A stretch of DNA of 64,000 bases from Selaginella moellendorffii. Its lineage: Eukaryota > Plantae > Lycopodiophyta. Below the pieces are notes generated by a model. It saw only the letters and a list, made by a program, of their open reading frames with translations. It was not told the DNA's origin and searched no databases. The stretch is from positions 377,470 through 441,469 of the forward strand of contig NW_003314351.1 in the NCBI RefSeq assembly GCF_000143415.4, given 5' to 3'. This document shows positions 61,515 to 64,000 of this stretch, in pieces. The stretch's first letter is position 1. Every line of letters starts with the position of its first letter. The position numbers and the translations under genes were made by a program.

Positions 61515-64000
61515 TCGGGACCGAGAACGAGACCGAGGCCGAGGCCGAGACCGAGCCCGAGCCCGAGTCTGAGTCCGAGTCCGAGTCCGAGTCCGAGTCT
61601 GAGTCCGAGTCCGAGTCCGAGTCCGAGTCCGAGTTCGAGTCTGAGAGGGTGAAAGCCCAAAGCGTTCGTCTCCCAGACCCTGGGGGGTTTGGTGAGCTCC
61701 AAAAGTATAGTAGGGGGAGGACTGCAGTGGAGCCAGTTTGGCCAGGAAAGGCCAGTTTGGCCAGGAAAGGCCAGTTTGGCCCAGGAAGGCCGGACCCAGT
61801 GTTGGGTGATGAGCTGCCCACTGGGAAGTCCAAGACTAGAGTGAACACAGACCGACAAGCGGGGTAGCTTGGTGAAGTGTTCAAGAGCCGGCTCTAGTTC
61901 CCCCGGGAGATCGACTGGCCGATGCTCCCAGTCCAAGTGTGGGTGGCACTACCTACTTGGATACCTGGTGTGGCTCAATGGAACCTCGCTCTAAGCCCAT
62001 GGCTAGAGCACCCAAAGGCGGAAGGCGGGGAGAGTACCCATGAGGCTCGCGTAGGGCCACGGTGTTCTGAAATGGTGTCCCAAAGTCCCAGACTGTGGAA
62101 AGGAAGAGGAGTAGCCCTCTGGTGTGGTGACCAAGGACACAGTCACACGGTGAGGAAGTCCTAGAGGATAGTGGGACTTAGTGGTCGGGCCGGTGGGCCT
62201 TGATCCAATGGTGGTGTTGGCGAACACAGCCAAGGACAGAAAGGGACTTGGTGAGGACCGGAACGGAGATATTGGGGAAGGCTATTCCCCATATCTGTAG
62301 GCATCCTAAGGATGTTAAGGAGTGGATTTGGGATGATCACTCATGGATGGATGACCAAGTCTTTGAGAGACAGGATTGGAATGTAGGTGGTGTTGGACCA
62401 CCAGTGTGACCAAGGTAAATGGGCATGGCCTTAGCGTAACGGGCCGGTGCGTCGGTGATACCTTGGGGTGTCGATCATGAGATCGGACACGTGGAGCACT
62501 TGGACCAAGTGCTAAGGTTGAGTGGCATGGATGCCATTCTCGGGGCTAGCAAGCCCCAAGTCCTGAGTTGGACTTATGGAGGTTGTGAATGAGACTCTTC
62601 CAAGTGGTCAGAGGTGTGGTTAAGTGACTAAAGTAAAATGGAAAATTTAGTCGCTTACAGTGATCTTATAGCCAAAAACAAGGACAAAGTCCTTGTGAGG
62701 TTAAGGGATAAAATTCCAAGTTCAAAGTGTTGATTGGAACTATTGATGATGGTGTGGCTTGGTCAAAGTGACCAAGTGAGAAGGACACCTTAGGGAAATG
62801 AGACATGTCAATCGATGGCATAGTGAGTCCGAGGAAAGTAGTCTGTATAAGAGACCCATGGGAGGGTCACAAAGTTGGGCCGTGGATAGAGGCCACAGCA
62901 GAAGATGTTAAAGAGACATACTAGGGGTGAACACCCTCCGAACTTAGCAAAGAAGAGTCTTTGCTATGGAACCGAAAGGATACCTCAAAAATGGAGGTAG
63001 CAATCCTATGTTGCTGGGTGCAACAATCAAGGATAGGAGCAAAAGACTAGTGACTAAGTAAAAAGCCATGGGAAACATAGGAAAGAATCCAAATGGCAAA
63101 GTTAGGCCAAGAATACTAAGGTGTTGGGTACTAATGGACTGTGGGAAAGGCAATGTGTTCCCAAGGATGGATTCCCAATTGCTCCAATATGGCGAAAGTG
63201 GAAGCTCCAAAGGTGGGAGCAGTAAGGTAGCCAAGTGATAGGGACGTGGACAGCCCTAACACAAATTATGATAACCGGAACTTAGTGCCAAATGTGGCAC
63301 GAAATCGAAGAGAGGATGATGTTGCCCTCGAGTAGAGAACTTCCTAGGATGAGGAAGTGAAGTTGCACAATATGTGCAATGCAAGGTGTCGGAGACACCC
63401 AGGAAATTGACTTCGAGAAATCAGAATTAAAAGTTCCAAAGTGCAAAGGTTATGTCGATGGAATCTGAGACTACTTGAGAATGAGTAGTGGAATTGAGTT
63501 AGAGAAGGTGTTTCTAACGGGTTTAGCGAGAACTAAACCAATAAAAGGGAGCAAACCACCCCAGGTGGCTGAATGAGTCTCTATGTTGGAGAGACTATGC
63601 TCCTTAGAGGATGGATGAGGCATGGTGAGCCTTCAATGTCAAACCATAGACAAATATTGGCTGAGTGCCAAGGATGGAAATGGTAACACATGCGAGTGTT
63701 ACTTTACAAAATGGTTTACTGTTCGATGAGGACATCGAACTTCGTCTATGGGTGGTGGAGTTGTGAGACACAAAATCCCTAGGCCCCAAAGTGGAGCCGG
63801 AAGGGTGCCACGTGGTAGTGGCCGAAGTGAGAGCCAAATGAGCATAACACATTTGGACCAAAAGCTCCGACTTGAAAAGTCAAGAGCGGGAGTGGAACTC
63901 CCAACGAAGTGCTCGAGGAATGAGCACGAAGCGAGCAATAAGCGAGGCTCCAAAAAGGGACCCAAAAAGGACCAACACATGACACGTGGAAGTGTCCCGA
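61116..64000 (+). mobile_element. Element C2: LTR 61116-62659, partial internal region without PBS, PPT, second LTR from 63762 (cut by window end)
   Basis: LTR homologous to 8740-10460; 62660-63761 homologous to ~13410-14511. Confidence 0.9.

Overview
Eukaryotic plant DNA. Introns of ~46-60 nt, PLS-type PPR relics and a fungal-like (Tcn1-type) chromovirus suggest a Selaginella-like lycophyte (inference). 1-32.5 kb and 54.5-64 kb are nested retroelement clusters; 32.5-54.3 kb is a recent ~13.1-kb tandem duplication of a gene island (Pin-II-type proteinase inhibitor, LRR/GDSL/PPR/F-box relics, PRMT7, an unrecognised signal-peptide + 3-TM gene). Elements resolved by LTR termini and target-site duplications (TSDs): (A) a full-length chromovirus with a self-priming-type PBS and a G GGA AAC -1 frameshift signal; (B) a second chromovirus family whose integrase is split by two short GT-AG introns in both copies; (C) a large non-coding LTR element sharing PBS, PPT and a covarying structured-RNA module with B; Cassandra TRIMs with 5S-derived LTR segments; and an L1/Tx1-like LINE whose two insertions both hit tRNA T-loop-like hairpins. 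The strongest candidate for an undescribed system is the B/C/Cassandra/LINE set: an intron-bearing LTR retrotransposon, a conserved 3' RNA structure, non-autonomous dependants, and an apparently sequence-specific LINE. All alignments were done by eye and no database searches were run.
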